A stretch of 64,000 bases of DNA. Origin: Patescibacteria group bacterium (GTDB lineage: Bacteria; Patescibacteriota; Doudnabacteria; UBA920; O2-02-FULL-48-8). The stretch is from NCBI GenBank assembly GCA_036278915.1, contig DASUKB010000004.1, positions 9,441 to 73,440 of the forward strand. The letters run 5' to 3'. A program made the translations under genes and the position numbers. The notes under the pieces were generated by a model. The model saw only the letters and a program-made list of their open reading frames with translations. It had not been told where the DNA came from and searched no databases. The stretch's first letter is position 1; every line of letters begins with the position of its first letter. Positions 38,359-47,790 of this stretch are shown piece by piece.

Positions 38359-39201
38359 TCAATTAGAAATTAGAAATTCTTTTAACGCCTCGCTCCAAGG
38401 CCGAAGTTCTATAAATTTGGTATTTTTCAATAATTCATATTTGGGGCGGGCGGCCGGCCTTTCAAACTGCGAACTTGAGACTCCAAATATATCGGGATTT
38501 AGATTTTTGATGCGGAATATTTCGCGCGCCCAATCAAGCCTTGAGGCCATGCCGGAATTCACCAAATGGTAAATTCCAAAAGCTTTATGCTCCTCCACCA
38601 AAGCGCGGGAGGCTTGCGCCAAATCGTAAACGTAGGTTGGCGTACCGAATTCATCTTCTATGGCTTTGATAGGTTCTTCTCCGTCCGCAAGTTTGAGCAT
38701 TATGTCTATGAAGCTTTTTTTATTCCCCACCGAATTTTTGGCAAAATTCCCAAACAGCCAGGCCGTGCGGATAATGTAAAACTTGTCCATATTGTTTTGG
38801 ACTTCCATTTCCCCCACAAGTTTGGACTGACCATAGGCATTCACCGGATCCGGCAATGCGTCTTCGGTGTAACCTTCCGCCTTTTTGCCATCAAAGACCT
38901 GACCCGTGCTGTAATGTACAAAAGTGATTTCGAGCTGCTTGCAAGCTTTCGCTATAAATCCCGGCGCGTAGCCGTTCAGAAGTTCGGCTGACTTGCGGTC
39001 GGTCTCTGCCTCGTCCACTGCATTGTAAGCCGCGCAGTTGATGACCAAATCCGGTTTAAGAGCTGTGATTTTTTCCAAAACCTGAGATTCTTCCGTGATG
39101 TCCAGTTCGTCACGATCCCAACCCACGACTTGCGCGTCATGGTAAACTCTGGCAAACGCCTGCGCCAAATTCCCATTTGATCCTAAAATCAGAACTTTCA
39201 T
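38359..39201 (-). CDS. rmlD: dTDP-4-dehydrorhamnose reductase
   Basis: GSNGNL, NCAAYNAVD, YGQSK, GTPT. Confidence 0.92.
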   Translation of the reverse strand: MKVLILGSNGNLAQAFARVYHDAQVVGWDRDELDITEESQVLEKITALKPDLVINCAAYNAVDEAETDRKSAELLNGYAPGFIAKACKQLEITFVHYSTGQVFDGKKAEGYTEDALPDPVNAYGQSKLVGEMEVQNNMDKFYIIRTAWLFGNFAKNSVGNKKSFIDIMLKLADGEEPIKAIEDEFGTPTYVYDLAQASRALVEEHKAFGIYHLVNSGMASRLDWAREIFRIKNLNPDIFGVSSSQFERPAARPKYELLKNTKFIELRPWSEALKEFLISN

Positions 39202-39752
39202 TGGAAAGCCTCCACTTCCGAAAGTTTAGGATTGTTCCGATCCTTTTCTGAAATTATGGATTTATCCAAGGCAATCGGCCAGGAAATATTCAATCCAGGA
39301 TCGCCGGGATTGACCGATTTATAGATGCCTTCGGGATTCCAGTGCGCATTTACCAAATAACAATAATAAACATCTGGTACTAATGTTTGGTAAGCGTTGG
39401 CTACTCCACGAGGCACAAACACGGCTTTGCTTTCGTCTACGATCGTGGTGTAAACTTTGCCAAAACTTTGACTGCGCAAATCCACCCACGCACCGAACGC
39501 CTTCCCTTTGGTAACAGTGATGTATTTGTCCCAAGGTTCGGCGTGGATGCCGCGCAGAACTCCTGCTTCTTTGTTGTAAGAAATATTTTGCTGGACAATC
39601 CGAAAACTTTCCGGAAACCCGGCGGCAACCAGCTTTTGTTTCTGGAATTTTTCCTGAAAATACCCTCGAGCATCACCAACAGATGAAATGCTAATTTCGA
39701 GCAGGCCGGGAATTTCAGTTTCGGAAATTTTAAATTCAGTTGTTTGCGGCAT
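39198..39752 (-). CDS. rmlC: dTDP-4-dehydrorhamnose 3,5-epimerase
   Basis: DARGYFQE, GVLRGIH, VDLR, SEKD. Confidence 0.92.
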   Translation of the reverse strand: MPQTTEFKISETEIPGLLEISISSVGDARGYFQEKFQKQKLVAAGFPESFRIVQQNISYNKEAGVLRGIHAEPWDKYITVTKGKAFGAWVDLRSQSFGKVYTTIVDESKAVFVPRGVANAYQTLVPDVYYCYLVNAHWNPEGIYKSVNPGDPGLNISWPIALDKSIISEKDRNNPKLSEVEAFQ

Positions 39753-40746
39753 ATTGTTTTTTATAATAATCAGCGTAGTCCTGGTTCAAAAGTTTTTTCC
39801 ACCAATTCTCATGAGTCTCATACCACTTAATTGTCTGGGACAGACCAGATTCAAAATCATATTCGCGCTTCCACCCGAGCTCTTTTTCAATTTTACTCGC
39901 ATCGATGGCATACCGCGCGTCGTGCCCAGGCCGATCTTTCACGAATTCAATAAGACTTTCATCTTTGCCCATCAATTTGAGGATTGTTTTGACTAGTTCA
40001 AGATTTGAATGTTCCGCGTTTCCGCCCAGCAAATAAGTTTCGCCTACTTTGCCCTTTTGAATTACCAAATCCACGCCGGCATTGTGATCGTTTACATGAA
40101 TCCAGTCGCGCACATTTGACCCATCACCGTAAACCGGCAATTTCTTGCCCAAGGTCGCGTTTATAAACATCAAAGGAATTAATTTTTCTATAAACTGGTA
40201 TGGCCCGTAGTTGTTGGAACAATTTGTAATTGTAGCTTGCAGCCCGAATGTCCGAACATATGCTCGAACCAAATGGTCACTGCCCGCTTTGGATGCCGAG
40301 TACGGACTTGAAGGATCATACGGCGTGTGCTCGTCAAACTTTTTACTTGTCCCCAGTCCCAATGATCCGAAAACTTCATCCGTGGAGATGTGGTGAAAAC
40401 GTATTTTGTGTTTGGTTGCGGCATCGAGCAGAACTTGCGTACCCAAAACATTTGTGCGCACAAATTCCGCCGGTCCGAGTATGGAGCGGTCTACGTGAGT
40501 TTCCGCCGCAAAATTTACTACGATGTCTGTTTCGGCTACGAGCGAGTCCACGGCTGCCGGGTCGGCAATATCCCCTTTTACAAATTTAAACCGATTGTTA
40601 TTTTCAAAGTCGGCAAGGTTGTCCAAATTGCCCGCGTAAGTCAGTTTGTCCAAAACCACCACTTCGCAATCTGGATATTCGCGAAATAGATAGTGTACAA
40701 AATTGGATCCGATAAATCCCGCCCCGCCCGTGATGAGGTATTTCAT
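39736..40746 (-). CDS. rmlB: dTDP-glucose 4,6-dehydratase
   Basis: GGAGFIGSN, AAETHVDRS, STDEV, YSASK, DRPGHD. Confidence 0.96.
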   Translation of the reverse strand: MKYLITGGAGFIGSNFVHYLFREYPDCEVVVLDKLTYAGNLDNLADFENNNRFKFVKGDIADPAAVDSLVAETDIVVNFAAETHVDRSILGPAEFVRTNVLGTQVLLDAATKHKIRFHHISTDEVFGSLGLGTSKKFDEHTPYDPSSPYSASKAGSDHLVRAYVRTFGLQATITNCSNNYGPYQFIEKLIPLMFINATLGKKLPVYGDGSNVRDWIHVNDHNAGVDLVIQKGKVGETYLLGGNAEHSNLELVKTILKLMGKDESLIEFVKDRPGHDARYAIDASKIEKELGWKREYDFESGLSQTIKWYETHENWWKKLLNQDYADYYKKQYAANN

Positions 40747-41069
40747 TTTCTTGGAATTATATGGAAATGCAGATGCATTATTTCTTGTCCGGCAGAAGGA
40801 CCGTTATTGGCGGAAAAATTGAAACCAGCCGCACCGTATTCGTCCATCAATTTCTTTGCAATCAATTTTACCTTAGGCATCATCTGCGCCAACATCTCGT
40901 CGGATGTGTTCATCAGGTCTGGCGTATGAGTTTTGGAAATCACCAGCGCATGCCCGGGAGCTTTGGGCCGCAAGTCCAAAAATGCGAGCACTTCGCCGTC
41001 TTCATAAACTTTTTCCGTCGGAATTTCGCCCGCAACAATTTTACAGAAGAGACATTCGGAATCAGCCAT
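40743..41069 (-). CDS. HIT family nucleotide hydrolase
   Basis: CLFC, GHALV, HLHFHII. Confidence 0.93.
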   Translation of the reverse strand: MADSECLFCKIVAGEIPTEKVYEDGEVLAFLDLRPKAPGHALVISKTHTPDLMNTSDEMLAQMMPKVKLIAKKLMDEYGAAGFNFSANNGPSAGQEIMHLHFHIIPRK

Positions 41070-41070
41070 T

Positions 41071-42126
41071 TTATTTATAAATTAATTTTGCTGTCACGTT
41101 CACATTCTGGCCGTTGCGCAAGATTGTAAAAGACAAATCCCCGCTTTGCTGGTTTAAAATCGTTTCGAAGTTGCCGCCGGAAATATTCTGCCCGGAAGCT
41201 TGGGTGATTAAATCGTTCGGTAAAAGTCCTGCTGCCTGTGCTGCACTACCCGCCGCCACGGACACCACCTCAACTCCACCTTGGGGCAAATTTTTCAGAT
41301 GAGCCTGCGCGTCCGAAAGATCTAAATATTTCATTCCCAAATATGGCCGGGTAATCTTCCCCGTGCGAAGGTACGTATCCACCGCGGTGTGCAGATCTTC
41401 CGAAATCAAAACAGACAAATTCGAACGGGTCATGCCCACTACCTTGCCGTCCAAATCTATAACCGGGCCACCCGCGAAGTCAGCACTTAAGTTGGACTGC
41501 GCCAGAATTTCGTTTTCAAATGCGTCGGAATCCAGTATCTGGGACAAACTTTGATTGTTGTCTAGGCTCCTGTTGACTCTGCCCAGGGCGAAATCGCGCG
41601 TAAAAGAATTGTTTGACCGGCCCAAATATATAAGCTGCTGGCTTGCGGCAAGCGTGCCGGCATCGGCAAACTGCGCAAACGGCAGGTTTTGCGCGCTAAT
41701 TGTGACCACAGCCAAGTCGGAGCGGGGATCCTGTGCTCGAATTTGCCCGGTGTATGCAGTGCCATCATTGGTTACGACGGTCACATCCCCCGCTGCCGGC
41801 AAATCGGATTTGGGCGTGATAATCATGCCGTCGGCTGTAACTATAATTCCGTTGGCCAAAAATTTGTGGTCAGGCGTAGACGCATATACGTCCGAGGTGT
41901 AACCGGCTGCCTGTTTGGACAAATCTATGAGATTGGCCCCTTCGTTGAGCTCCACCTGTTGCACGCGATTTATAATCACAGGATTACTGCTTTCAAGTTT
42001 TTGCACCCACGACATCCCCGGAATTCCCGAAATAAATGGAATTCCAAACCGGTTAAGGAGCACGCCGCCTATGGCTCCCAGCACGAATGCCAAAATTATA
42101 ATCCAAATCCAATTACCTTTTGTCAT
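41071..42126 (-). CDS. HtrA/S1C-like protein with PDZ domain, catalytically degenerate
   Basis: SDLAV and PYLGM present; TPKSD replaces TNxH and DFAGGP replaces GNSGGP. Confidence 0.82.
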   Translation of the reverse strand: MTKGNWIWIIILAFVLGAIGGVLLNRFGIPFISGIPGMSWVQKLESSNPVIINRVQQVELNEGANLIDLSKQAAGYTSDVYASTPDHKFLANGIIVTADGMIITPKSDLPAAGDVTVVTNDGTAYTGQIRAQDPRSDLAVVTISAQNLPFAQFADAGTLAASQQLIYLGRSNNSFTRDFALGRVNRSLDNNQSLSQILDSDAFENEILAQSNLSADFAGGPVIDLDGKVVGMTRSNLSVLISEDLHTAVDTYLRTGKITRPYLGMKYLDLSDAQAHLKNLPQGGVEVVSVAAGSAAQAAGLLPNDLITQASGQNISGGNFETILNQQSGDLSFTILRNGQNVNVTAKLIYK

Positions 42127-42409
42127 GTATATATCCTTCCATTTTAAGTAGGGCCAGTTTCCGCTTGATGCCGCCCGGGGCCGAGTACCCGGTCATGCGG
42201 CCGCTTGTGCCAATCACCCGATGACAAGGTATGTATGGCACATCCATATTTCTGGACAGGGCGCCGCCGACGGCGCGGGCAGCGTTTGGTTGCCCGATTT
42301 TTTGGGCCACCTGGCCGTAAGTCCAAACTTGGCCTTTGGGAATTTTAAGAATGGCGCGAAAAACTTTTTGCTGAAACGGCGTATATTTTTTCCAATCAAT
42401 CTTCTTCAT
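42113..42409 (-). CDS. O6-alkylguanine DNA alkyltransferase (single domain)
   Basis: TYGQVA, ARAVG, PCHRV. Confidence 0.9.
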   Translation of the reverse strand: MKKIDWKKYTPFQQKVFRAILKIPKGQVWTYGQVAQKIGQPNAARAVGGALSRNMDVPYIPCHRVIGTSGRMTGYSAPGGIKRKLALLKMEGYIHDKR

Positions 42410-42451
42410 TAATCCTATTCCTAATTACTCGTTACTACTTACTAATTACTA

Positions 42452-43183
42452 TCATTTAATTCCCGTCAGCGGCCGGAAACTTGTGGTGGCCAGCACTGCC
42501 AAAAGCACCAGGCATACAAATCCCAACTGCCAGAGAATTTTGTTGCGGGTAAGCTTGCCGAAGAACGCCGAAAACGAAAAAATCCAAAGCAGATAAAAAA
42601 TCGCAAACACGACGATAGCATCCACCACGTAGTATGTCGGCCACAGGTACAAGCCAAGTGATGCTTCGGCGCAGACTAGTGCAGTAAGGAAACTGAAATA
42701 CTTTTTCACCGGCAGCGAAAACCCCGCAAAGCCCTGAATTATGAGCAGGTACGTCGCGACAAAGACTCCCAAGCCAAGCAGCACGAAATTGAAATTAAAG
42801 TAAAATTGCACCGCAAACAATCCGACAAAAATCGCAAACGCCGAAAACAAATAGACATTCTGCAAAAAATGGCTTTCTTTGCCCAGCTGAACTTCCATTG
42901 CGTAAAAAGTCAGACTTGCGGCAATGAGAAACACTTCGCGAAATCCGGGACCTGTGATAACCGCAAACAGACTGCCGAATCCCGCCAAAAACAAAATTGG
43001 CAGCAGGAGATGCGGCCAGACAAATCCCACCCTACGACTGTTGACCACGAGCACGGCAGCGGCAAATACGGCCAAAGACAGCACGAATACCATAAGGCTT
43101 GCGGGATTCTGGCCTGAAATGGACCACCAAGACAACAAAAACAGCAAAATGGTCAAAATTACCGACGAAATTCGGTTAAACAT
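42452..43183 (-). CDS. Multi-TM membrane protein (CPR DUF5656-like)
   Basis: About 8 TMs; E...LYLWP motif. Confidence 0.65.
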   Translation of the reverse strand: MFNRISSVILTILLFLLSWWSISGQNPASLMVFVLSLAVFAAAVLVVNSRRVGFVWPHLLLPILFLAGFGSLFAVITGPGFREVFLIAASLTFYAMEVQLGKESHFLQNVYLFSAFAIFVGLFAVQFYFNFNFVLLGLGVFVATYLLIIQGFAGFSLPVKKYFSFLTALVCAEASLGLYLWPTYYVVDAIVVFAIFYLLWIFSFSAFFGKLTRNKILWQLGFVCLVLLAVLATTSFRPLTGIK

Positions 43184-43241
43184 ATCCGATATTCAATAAT
43201 CTTAACCATCATACCAAAAACGACGATGTTTTGCGAGTTAT

Positions 43242-44096
43242 CTAGGCCCGCGCGCGGGCCGACCTCCAAATCATAAGCAGCGCCACACCAGCAGCCAGAA
43301 CACCGGCTACGGCAGTAACCTGATCAACTTTAATTCCATGTATGTAAGATGAATCCAGACGGATGCCTTCTATAAAAAACCGGCTTAACGAATACAGTCC
43401 GAGGTATGTAAACACGAGCACGCCGGGCAGAACTTTCATGCGCATAATTCGCACAAGGATAAAAAAAATAATAACGCTGCAGAGGGCTTCATACAAAAAT
43501 GTCGGATGAAAAAAACTTGCCTGGATGTAAGCGGCCGGCCGGTGCGCGGCGTCGACGTACATTTTCCATGGCAGATCGGTAGGCAGCCCAAATGCTTCCT
43601 GGTTGAAAAAATTCCCAAACCGTCCCAAACCCTGAGCCAAAGGCAAAGCCACCGCCAGCAGATCCAGCAAACGGAACGCTGCGAATGCCTTTGTCCGCGC
43701 ATAAAAATAAGCAAAAATCAGACCCGAAATAATCGCGCCATAAATAGACAACCCCCCGTGCCAGATTTTGTAGATTTCGGAAAGATTGTTTCTATAGAGG
43801 CCAAAGTCCACGGCCACATAGTAAACGCGTGCGCCAAGAAACGCTACAATAGTAATCCAAAACGCCACGTCGTCCACTGACTCCTGGCTTATGCCGAACC
43901 GCCACGCGTAATGCCTGGCCACTAGATATCCCACAAGCACGGATGCGGCCATGGTGATGCCATAAAGCCGAATGGCAAAACGGCCGAACGTAATCTGCTG
44001 TGGGATGCTAATGTTCCCGGCAAACGCCGGGATAAAGAAAAAAAATATAAGCACCGCCGCAAGGCAAATACCCGAAACCCAATAAAAATATTTCAT
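43242..44096 (-). CDS. lgt: Prolipoprotein diacylglyceryl transferase
   Basis: GARVYYV, GGLSIYG, GRFGNFFNQEAFG, HPTFLYE. Confidence 0.95.
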   Translation of the reverse strand: MKYFYWVSGICLAAVLIFFFFIPAFAGNISIPQQITFGRFAIRLYGITMAASVLVGYLVARHYAWRFGISQESVDDVAFWITIVAFLGARVYYVAVDFGLYRNNLSEIYKIWHGGLSIYGAIISGLIFAYFYARTKAFAAFRLLDLLAVALPLAQGLGRFGNFFNQEAFGLPTDLPWKMYVDAAHRPAAYIQASFFHPTFLYEALCSVIIFFILVRIMRMKVLPGVLVFTYLGLYSLSRFFIEGIRLDSSYIHGIKVDQVTAVAGVLAAGVALLMIWRSARARA

Positions 44097-44211
44097 GGAA
44101 GCGTTAATCGTTATTCGTCAGAGCGGTGCGTATTGTTTCGGCTTGCGGTTATGGACTCTCTACACAGAAACTTGCCGATACGCGCAGCGCCGCCGATAAA
44201 CACTACCGGAT

Positions 44212-44796
44212 TTAAAATAAACTCGTTTGCCTTGCCGCCGGCATCCGCGGCGAAGGTTCGGCAAACGCAATCTTTATTTCGCGGGTGTCAAAATAATCTT
44301 TGTACAAAAGTTTTCCGTATTTTGACGCGTAATCATAAATTTCCTTGGTTATTTTCACATCGTTGCTGCAGTATTTTTTGAGCTCGTCGATTCGGTTCTG
44401 CTTGTATAGGCGCAGAGCCTGCAAACCGTCGCCGTTTTTGCCAACTCCAAGCGTAGTGGAAGCAAGATTGTCGAGCTTGAGCCTGTGGCCGATAAGCTTT
44501 TCTACCTCTTCCATAAGGTCCAAAGTTGGCAACTCCTGCGGATTGTAGGACAAATATGGCCGGAGGACCTCGTAGTCAAAGTGTTTGATGTTGTAGCCGA
44601 TTACCAAATCCGCTTCCTGAAACATTTCTCCGGCGCGGTACACCTGGTCTTCGGTAAAGCAAAAATGTTTATCTTGGATGTATGAGTACACTCCGATGAC
44701 CGAAATCTTGAGTAGATGATTTTTGCCAAACCCCCCAACATCATCAAAAGATTTTTGGGTTTCCAGATCAAACACAATTTTATTTAACGCCGCCAT
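44212..44796 (-). CDS. RNase H-like / DnaQ-fold exonuclease (YprB-like)
   Basis: FDLET, GYNIKHFD, LDNLA, YCSNDV. Confidence 0.85.
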   Translation of the reverse strand: MAALNKIVFDLETQKSFDDVGGFGKNHLLKISVIGVYSYIQDKHFCFTEDQVYRAGEMFQEADLVIGYNIKHFDYEVLRPYLSYNPQELPTLDLMEEVEKLIGHRLKLDNLASTTLGVGKNGDGLQALRLYKQNRIDELKKYCSNDVKITKEIYDYASKYGKLLYKDYFDTREIKIAFAEPSPRMPAARQTSLF

Positions 44797-44880
44797 TTAG
44801 TTTTGTTTCCTCAATGTTACTTTCAACCTAACAATTATAGCACAAACGGAAAAAACACAGATTAGACGTACAAGCTTCTG

Positions 44881-45462
44881 TTAATTGCCGGATTTATTTT
44901 TAAAATTTTTAAATTTTATATTAAGCCAATCCAAAACAGCTAATTGGTCATCAACGGTTGCCCGTCGGATTTGAGATAGCAGATGTATCTTGTCAGGCTT
45001 TGCCATAGCAGTATTTTGGAGTCCTTCATTACAATTCGTACAGATTGCCCTCAGGTTTGAAGGCGTGTCCTCTCCTCCCTTTGACTTATCAATTATATGA
45101 CCTAAGGTTAAACGTATTGTACGCTCAGGATGAAACGGATCAGCATCGCCAGCTGCCACACCACAACTCTGGCATGTAAATCCATTTCTCTCTAAAACAA
45201 AGGCGCGTGTTTCTTTCGAAATTCCTCTTGCGAAGGCTGGACGCCGTTTTGATGTTTCAAGTAAGTACTCTCCTGGCTTTAAATTAGCTCGATCCTTATG
45301 TGACAAGATCTGGTATCCTTCTTCATCACGTAATTCTCTAAGTCTACGCCCCCATTCTGCAACCCAGCCAGATGCCTCTTGTATTTCTTTGGCATGAATC
45401 ACTCTCCCTTTATTTGCAAGCAAAAAATCAAGAATCTTCCGCTTAGACCCGTTTCTTGTCAT
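44881..45462 (-). CDS. HNH restriction endonuclease, R.KpnI-like
   Basis: WGRRLRELRDEEGYQILS, CQSC, GH...NLRAICTNCN; overlaps the methylase gene. Confidence 0.8.
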   Translation of the reverse strand: MTRNGSKRKILDFLLANKGRVIHAKEIQEASGWVAEWGRRLRELRDEEGYQILSHKDRANLKPGEYLLETSKRRPAFARGISKETRAFVLERNGFTCQSCGVAAGDADPFHPERTIRLTLGHIIDKSKGGEDTPSNLRAICTNCNEGLQNTAMAKPDKIHLLSQIRRATVDDQLAVLDWLNIKFKNFKNKSGN

Positions 45463-46414
45463 ATTGTTCTAACGCTCTAATGATCTGAAGTGCAACGGCC
45501 TTCGCTACAGGGGGCGGAAAAGCATTTCCGATTTGCCTATAAGCCGTAGTCTTTCTTCCAAAAAATTTCCAATTATCAGGGAATCCCTGTATTCTTGCAG
45601 CCATTCTAACAGTCAATTTAGGTTGGCCGTTGATTGGAAAATCGCTGGTCGGCGAATCGTCGGCTATTCCTCTTCCATCGACTCCTAATTTCTGCCATTG
45701 CATCTTAGCTCGCGTTGGGCCGAGGTCAGGGCCGCCATGTTTCGTAGAACCACCAACTAATGTGGGTCCAGCACCAACGGCATTTAATGCCCATTTTTTT
45801 GCACCTGGCCAGCCATTTGATGACATTAAATCTTCTATTAATTCGCCAACATTTACAATCTTATTCGAACCCGATGGCCATTCAAAATATTTTTCGATGC
45901 CTTTACTGAAGCCCACCAATACAAATCTTGACCGTAACTGGGGGGTGCCAAAATTATGTGCGTGTAAAATCGTCCAATCAGTCCAATACCCTAACATTCC
46001 CAAGGATTGCTGAATAGAATTCCTATAGTTCTCAAATTTTCTGGAAGCAAATCCTGGGACATTTTCTATAAGTATGGCCCGAGGGGCAGCTTCACTGATT
46101 ATTCTTAAAGTTGCTGGGAATAAATCCCTTTCATCATTTTGCCCAAGTTGCTTTCCTGCAATTGAGAATGGTGGACAAGGCACGCCGCCAGCAATCAAAT
46201 CAACCTTCGCATATTTATTTGCGGAGAATGTCTTTAGATCTCCATTTATAACATTTAAATCAGGTCTGTTTAACAGAAGTGTATTACAATAATTTGCTTC
46301 TATTTCAACAGCTCCTATGCAACTGAAACCAGCTTGTTCAAGTCCAATAAATTGGCCGCCTCCGCCAGCACATAGTTCTAGAACAGTTTTTTTGTTTGAT
46401 ATTTTTTTATTCAT
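45443..46414 (-). CDS. C5 cytosine DNA methyltransferase (NaeI/NgoMIV-like)
   Basis: LCAGGGG, GVPCPPFS, ENV, QLRSR, QIGNA; target-recognition region TLVGGSTKHGGPDLGPTRAK. Confidence 0.92.
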   Translation of the reverse strand: MNKKISNKKTVLELCAGGGGQFIGLEQAGFSCIGAVEIEANYCNTLLLNRPDLNVINGDLKTFSANKYAKVDLIAGGVPCPPFSIAGKQLGQNDERDLFPATLRIISEAAPRAILIENVPGFASRKFENYRNSIQQSLGMLGYWTDWTILHAHNFGTPQLRSRFVLVGFSKGIEKYFEWPSGSNKIVNVGELIEDLMSSNGWPGAKKWALNAVGAGPTLVGGSTKHGGPDLGPTRAKMQWQKLGVDGRGIADDSPTSDFPINGQPKLTVRMAARIQGFPDNWKFFGRKTTAYRQIGNAFPPPVAKAVALQIIRALEQYDKKRV

Positions 46415-46597
46415 TTCAGTTCAATATGATTATAGTATAAGTTGCTTTAAAAAACAAAATAGCGGCACTGCTGCCGCTATCGATATTCACAATTTGTATT
46501 TATTATACCCCATCCATATAAAAAGTCAAATTTTTGGATATAAAAAAGGCGCAGGTCTGCGTTAAGCAGCCCGCGCCCGATAATTGGCCATCTGGCC

Positions 46598-47656
46598 TTA
46601 AGACTCCTCCAGCTTGTACTCCTTAATCTTGGCGCGGAGGCCCTTGATGGAAAAACCAAGTTTTGCCGCGGCCTGCGTCCGGTTCCAGCCGCATTTGCGG
46701 AGCCTGTCGAGCAGCACAAGCCGTTCGATATCAAGCCGAACCTTGTCCATCACCTCGGTCACCGTCTGCTTAAAGCTCTTATGCTCATCAGTTTCAGGCA
46801 GGAGATAGGCCAGCGGAGAATCCGTGGTGGTTTTTGCTCGTGACTCCAAAACTTCGAAATCCTCTGTGCAAAGTGTCTGCCGTCCCTGCATAGAAGCCCG
46901 GATCACGGCACCGGTGAGAGCCTTGTTCAGCTGGCGCACATTGCCGGGCCACTCCCTATTCTGCAGCCAATTGGTCACACTCTCACCCACACTCATCTTC
47001 GGGACGTTTTGGGCAGCTGCAAACTGCTGCAGGAAGTGCTCCGCCAGAATCGATATATCTCCGACCCGCTGACGCAAAGGCGGCATGGTGATCGTAAAAT
47101 CGCAAATGCGCCAGTACAGATCTTCACGGAATTTTTTTTCGGCCACAGCCTGTGCGAGATCTATCCGCGACGCAACAACGATTCGGGCAAGACACTTGAG
47201 AGGCTTCGAGCTGCCCAGCCGCAAGTATTCGCGTTCGTCCATAAGCCGGAGCAAGCGCTGCTGCACATAATCGTTCGCTTCGCCGATTTCATCGAACAAC
47301 AGTGTTCCATCCGCGGCTTCGTCGATGAGTCCGGGCTTCTGCCTGTTGGCATCGGTATACGCGCCGCTGTCGTTGCCGAACAATTCGCGCTCCACCATGT
47401 TTTGGGGAATGCGGGATAAATCCGCAACCACAAACGGCAGGGTGGAGTTCTTCTCATATCCCCGGGTCCTCTTGTGCAGAAACCTTGCGGCCTCTTCTTT
47501 GCCAGTGCCCGTCTCGCCGGTAAACAAGGTAATCACGTTATGGTACCCAGACAGCGCCTGAATTTGTTCGCGGATTTTTCTGATCTGCAGACTATTGCCG
47601 ACCAGATGCTTGGGCTTATCAACCGCGCTCTCTTGCATACTGACCGTCGTAGTCAT
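46598..47656 (-). CDS. Sigma54-type AAA+ enhancer-binding protein with Fis HTH and no sensory domain
   Basis: GETGTGKE, ELFG..GAYTDA, FDEI, FREDLY, WPGNVRQL, C-terminal HTH. Confidence 0.88.
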   Translation of the reverse strand: MTTTVSMQESAVDKPKHLVGNSLQIRKIREQIQALSGYHNVITLFTGETGTGKEEAARFLHKRTRGYEKNSTLPFVVADLSRIPQNMVERELFGNDSGAYTDANRQKPGLIDEAADGTLLFDEIGEANDYVQQRLLRLMDEREYLRLGSSKPLKCLARIVVASRIDLAQAVAEKKFREDLYWRICDFTITMPPLRQRVGDISILAEHFLQQFAAAQNVPKMSVGESVTNWLQNREWPGNVRQLNKALTGAVIRASMQGRQTLCTEDFEVLESRAKTTTDSPLAYLLPETDEHKSFKQTVTEVMDKVRLDIERLVLLDRLRKCGWNRTQAAAKLGFSIKGLRAKIKEYKLEES

Positions 47657-47790
47657 GCGATCCTCCTTCGCAAATGCAGGCTTTTGCCTGACAGCACATC
47701 ATAAGTCCAACCCATACTTTTGTCAAAAATCAAATTTGGTTATTAAGCAATCTTTATGGTATAATTTGGGCACATTACTAAGCTTAAATC

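Noticed and set aside
47677-47691. 15-mer TCAGGCAAAAGCCTG shared with 27971-27985; possible c-di-GMP riboswitch
   Set aside because: A short self-complementary hairpin, so the match is likely chance; the rest of the riboswitch consensus is missing
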